Shown here: one piece after another, positions 61,807 to 64,000 of the stretch
Position numbering within the stretch: the first letter of the stretch is position 1
Layout of the letters: every line of letters starts with the position of its first letter
Source of the DNA: Candidatus Cloacimonadales bacterium
GTDB taxonomy: Bacteria > Cloacimonadota > Cloacimonadia > Cloacimonadales > JAFGVF01
DNA: 64,000 nucleotides
Direction of reading: 5' to 3'
NCBI GenBank assembly: GCA_963677495.2
Contig: CAXXOU010000003.1
Span: forward strand, 477,872 to 541,871
Made by a program: the position numbers and the translations under genes
The notes under the pieces: generated by a model
The model's database searches: none
What the model was told of the DNA's origin: nothing
What the model saw: the letters and a program-made list of their open reading frames with translations, nothing else

Positions 61807-61886
61807 TTTCTTTCCCCTTGTATTTTTATAGAATATACTTAGCTTTCTTAGACCCGCTCAAAATGAAACTCGATACCTACATTAAC

Positions 61887-61916
61887 AAAATACGTTGTTT
61901 ATTATCGCAAAGTCAA
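61887..61916 (-). promoter_or_regulatory. Candidate sigma70 promoter for the giant protein gene
   Basis: TTGACT-N18-TATTTT on the minus strand, about 80 bp upstream of the ATG; RBS-like AAGGGGA before the start. Confidence 0.4.
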
Positions 61917-62202
61917 GTTATTTATATTTCATCCTAGCAACAAGTTAGCATATACAACTTTTACCCTATGACTAAATCACAGGTGACTTATGCCCTGTTG
62001 ATTCTTCTAACTTCCATTGAATCCATTTATCTTCAATATGCCTTATTTTACTATAAATTGAATAATACTTAACTAAAAGAGCTTAATCCGGTACTTTTAT
62101 CGATCAATTTAGTTTTGATATAGTCTTGAATCTATTTTATTATGATATAACTGCTTTACTAACAGGCTCTTGAAATACTTACTTTTGTTTTAATTTTTAC
62201 TT

Positions 62203-62390
62203 AAATTGCCCTCCTGCATCCCTTCCAGTCCCGTGACTACGAAAGGTGTTTCAAAGGTCTCCCACAGGTGACCCTCTCGTGACCCTCTCGTGGAACACCA
62301 CGATTTATCCACATCATGTGGATAACTTGAAAACTTCTCCAACACTTTCGTTCAGCACGGGACTGGAAGGGGTGGGGAAGGCACAAATTT
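62203..62390. repeat. About 185-bp GC-rich hairpin element with 11-bp-phased repeats
   Basis: Perfect CCCTTCCAGTCCCGTG (62220-62235) / CACGGGACTGGAAGGG (62356-62371), extended inward by ACGAAAG.TGTT/AACACTTTCGT; GTGACCCTCTC twice in tandem; (G/C)GT at 62245, 62256, 62267, 62278, 62289. Confidence 0.85.
62305..62325. promoter_or_regulatory. Two perfect DnaA boxes in inverted orientation
   Basis: TTATCCACA (62305-62313), 3-bp spacer, TGTGGATAA (62317-62325). Confidence 0.6.
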
Positions 62391-62712
62391 TGCGATAGAC
62401 ATTTGATTGAGGTGTTATCTGATTTGTCATATTGCAATTCTAAATATCATCAATCAGTGTTATTGATATCAGTTATTTGTATAAGTTTTGTTAAGTTACA
62501 ATAACTTTATGATATACAGATACAAGCTTAACAACATTCAGATTCAGTAATCTGTTGCAATCCAATAGAAATAAAACCTTTACATCATACAAATTAAAGT
62601 GATAATAGAATTTGGTTGCACTGAGTACTCGTAACATATTCAAAATAAGGGGAATGGGTATATTGCAACTCCGAAAATGTTATTGTAAATATATATAAAT
62701 AAAGGAAAACAA

Positions 62713-64000
62713 ATGGAGAAAAAATGGGAGTTTGAAGAAAAGTTAGCTCCTGAATTGAAGGCAAAACGTAGACTCTTTCGTGAAAAAATGAAATGCCCTC
62801 GATTAGTTGCTGACCTTCTTATCCGAAAAGGGTTTGAATCTGTGGAAGCTGTAACAGCTTTCTTTGAGCCCTCTGCAGATGAAATCGTAGATCCGTTCAT
62901 GTTTTGCGACATGGAAAAGGCTGTTGAGCGTATTCTTCGTGCAATTGACAGTCGCGAGAAGATTACAATTTATGGCGATTATGATGTTGATGGAACAACC
63001 GCTACTTCGCTCCTCTATCTAGGACTAAAGCGTCTTGATGCAATTGTTGAGTTTTATATCCCTCACCGTATGATTGATGGATATGGTCTTTCAAAAGCTG
63101 GACTCCAACAAATATGCCAAGAGGGGACCAAGCTAATAATCACAGTTGATTGTGGTATTAATGCTTTAGAAGAAGTGGATATGATTAACAACATGGGAAT
63201 GGAAGTGATTATTACTGATCATCACAACCCCAAAGAGACACTTCCCAATGGTTATGCAATCATCAACCCTAAGGTAGAAGGGTGCGGTTATCCTTCACAA
63301 CAGCTTGCCGGAGTTGGAGTTGCCTATAAACTACTGATGGCAATCTACAAAAAACTGGGTATTGCCACTAAAGAGAATGTGAACAAATACTTAGACCTTG
63401 TTGCGCTTGGAACTATTGCCGATATCGTGCCTCTTACAGGTGAAAACAGGGTATTCGCTTCTTTAGGCTTAAAGCATCTTTCAGATAAAAAGAATTACGG
63501 TTTAAACGCTTTAATTGATATCGCTAACCTTAACGATAAGACAATTAGTACTTCCAATATTGTGTTTGTACTTGCACCAAGAATCAACGCAGCCGGAAGA
63601 ATGGGTTCTGCAGCAATCTCCGTAGAACTACTAATTTCTAATGATGAAAAGAGAAGCTATGAACTTGCTGAAATCATTGAGCAACAGAACTCATTACGTC
63701 AACAAGCAGACCAGAAGACATATCATGAAGCATGCGATATTATCAAAGCTAAGTACAAAGACTTGGATAATACATATTGTATTGTTGTCTCGTCAGATGG
63801 TTGGCATCCCGGAGTTATCGGAGTAGTAGCCTCTAAGCTTGTAGAAAGATATTACAGACCTGTAATTATGATCTCGTTCAAAGATGGATTAGGAAGCGGT
63901 TCCGGTCGCTCAATTTCCAGTTTCAATCTCTTTGATGCCATTACATCAGTAGAACACAATCTCTATAGTTTTGGGGGACATAAATATGCCGTAGGTTTAA
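62713..64000 (+). CDS. recJ: Single-stranded-DNA-specific exonuclease RecJ (partial; runs off window edge)
   Basis: Manual translation from ATG 62713 (RBS AAAGGA): MEKKWEF...IYGDYDVDG...YIPHRMIDGYGL...ITVDCGI...ITDHH...GTIADIVPLTGENR...PRINAAGRM...WHPGVIGVVAS...GSGRS...FGGHKYAVG. Absent from the ORF track because no stop lies in the window. Confidence 0.97.
   Translation, partial: MEKKWEFEEKLAPELKAKRRLFREKMKCPRLVADLLIRKGFESVEAVTAFFEPSADEIVDPFMFCDMEKAVERILRAIDSREKITIYGDYDVDGTTATSLLYLGLKRLDAIVEFYIPHRMIDGYGLSKAGLQQICQEGTKLIITVDCGINALEEVDMINNMGMEVIITDHHNPKETLPNGYAIINPKVEGCGYPSQQLAGVGVAYKLLMAIYKKLGIATKENVNKYLDLVALGTIADIVPLTGENRVFASLGLKHLSDKKNYGLNALIDIANLNDKTISTSNIVFVLAPRINAAGRMGSAAISVELLISNDEKRSYELAEIIEQQNSLRQQADQKTYHEACDIIKAKYKDLDNTYCIVVSSDGWHPGVIGVVASKLVERYYRPVIMISFKDGLGSGSGRSISSFNLFDAITSVEHNLYSFGGHKYAVGL

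Noticed and set aside
62237..62437. 66-aa minus-strand ORF across the hairpin
   Set aside because: Coincides with the GC-rich inverted repeat and DnaA boxes; better explained as non-coding structure
1573..63826. Numerous 60-174 aa ORFs antisense to or nested within long genes (e.g. 16881-17405, 32905-33330, 42253-43015, 62640-62912, 63641-63826)
   Set aside because: They overlap well-supported genes and have no motifs; consistent with shadow ORFs

Overview
AT-rich bacterial window with almost all genes on the minus strand. The style of the secreted proteins (FlgD/'NYPNPFNP' C-terminal domain, giant acidic multidomain protein) suggests an FCB-group organism such as Cloacimonadota; this is an inference. 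Positions 1-30.2 kb are one contiguous Wzx/Wzy-type surface polysaccharide operon of 28 genes that runs off the left edge. It is unusually rich in tailoring enzymes: two ATP-grasp ligases, a phosphatidylserine decarboxylase homologue, WbqC, two GNATs, a PIG-L deacetylase, a CapK-like adenylating enzyme and an SDR-aminotransferase fusion. A JUMPStart/ops-like leader precedes it. Next come kdsB, mnmG, a cation/H+ antiporter-PTS IIA fusion, a TonB-dependent receptor with its lipoprotein, a C10 cysteine protease, a 6704-aa secreted protein carrying eight near-identical PTLTNVR(I/V)RNSENS(V/S)R motifs, and a divergent partial recJ. Several intergenic regions share a non-coding architecture: 110-190 bp inverted-repeat hairpins enclosing 11-bp-phased direct repeats. 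One of them also contains two perfect DnaA boxes. All calls come from reading motifs by eye; no database searches were run.
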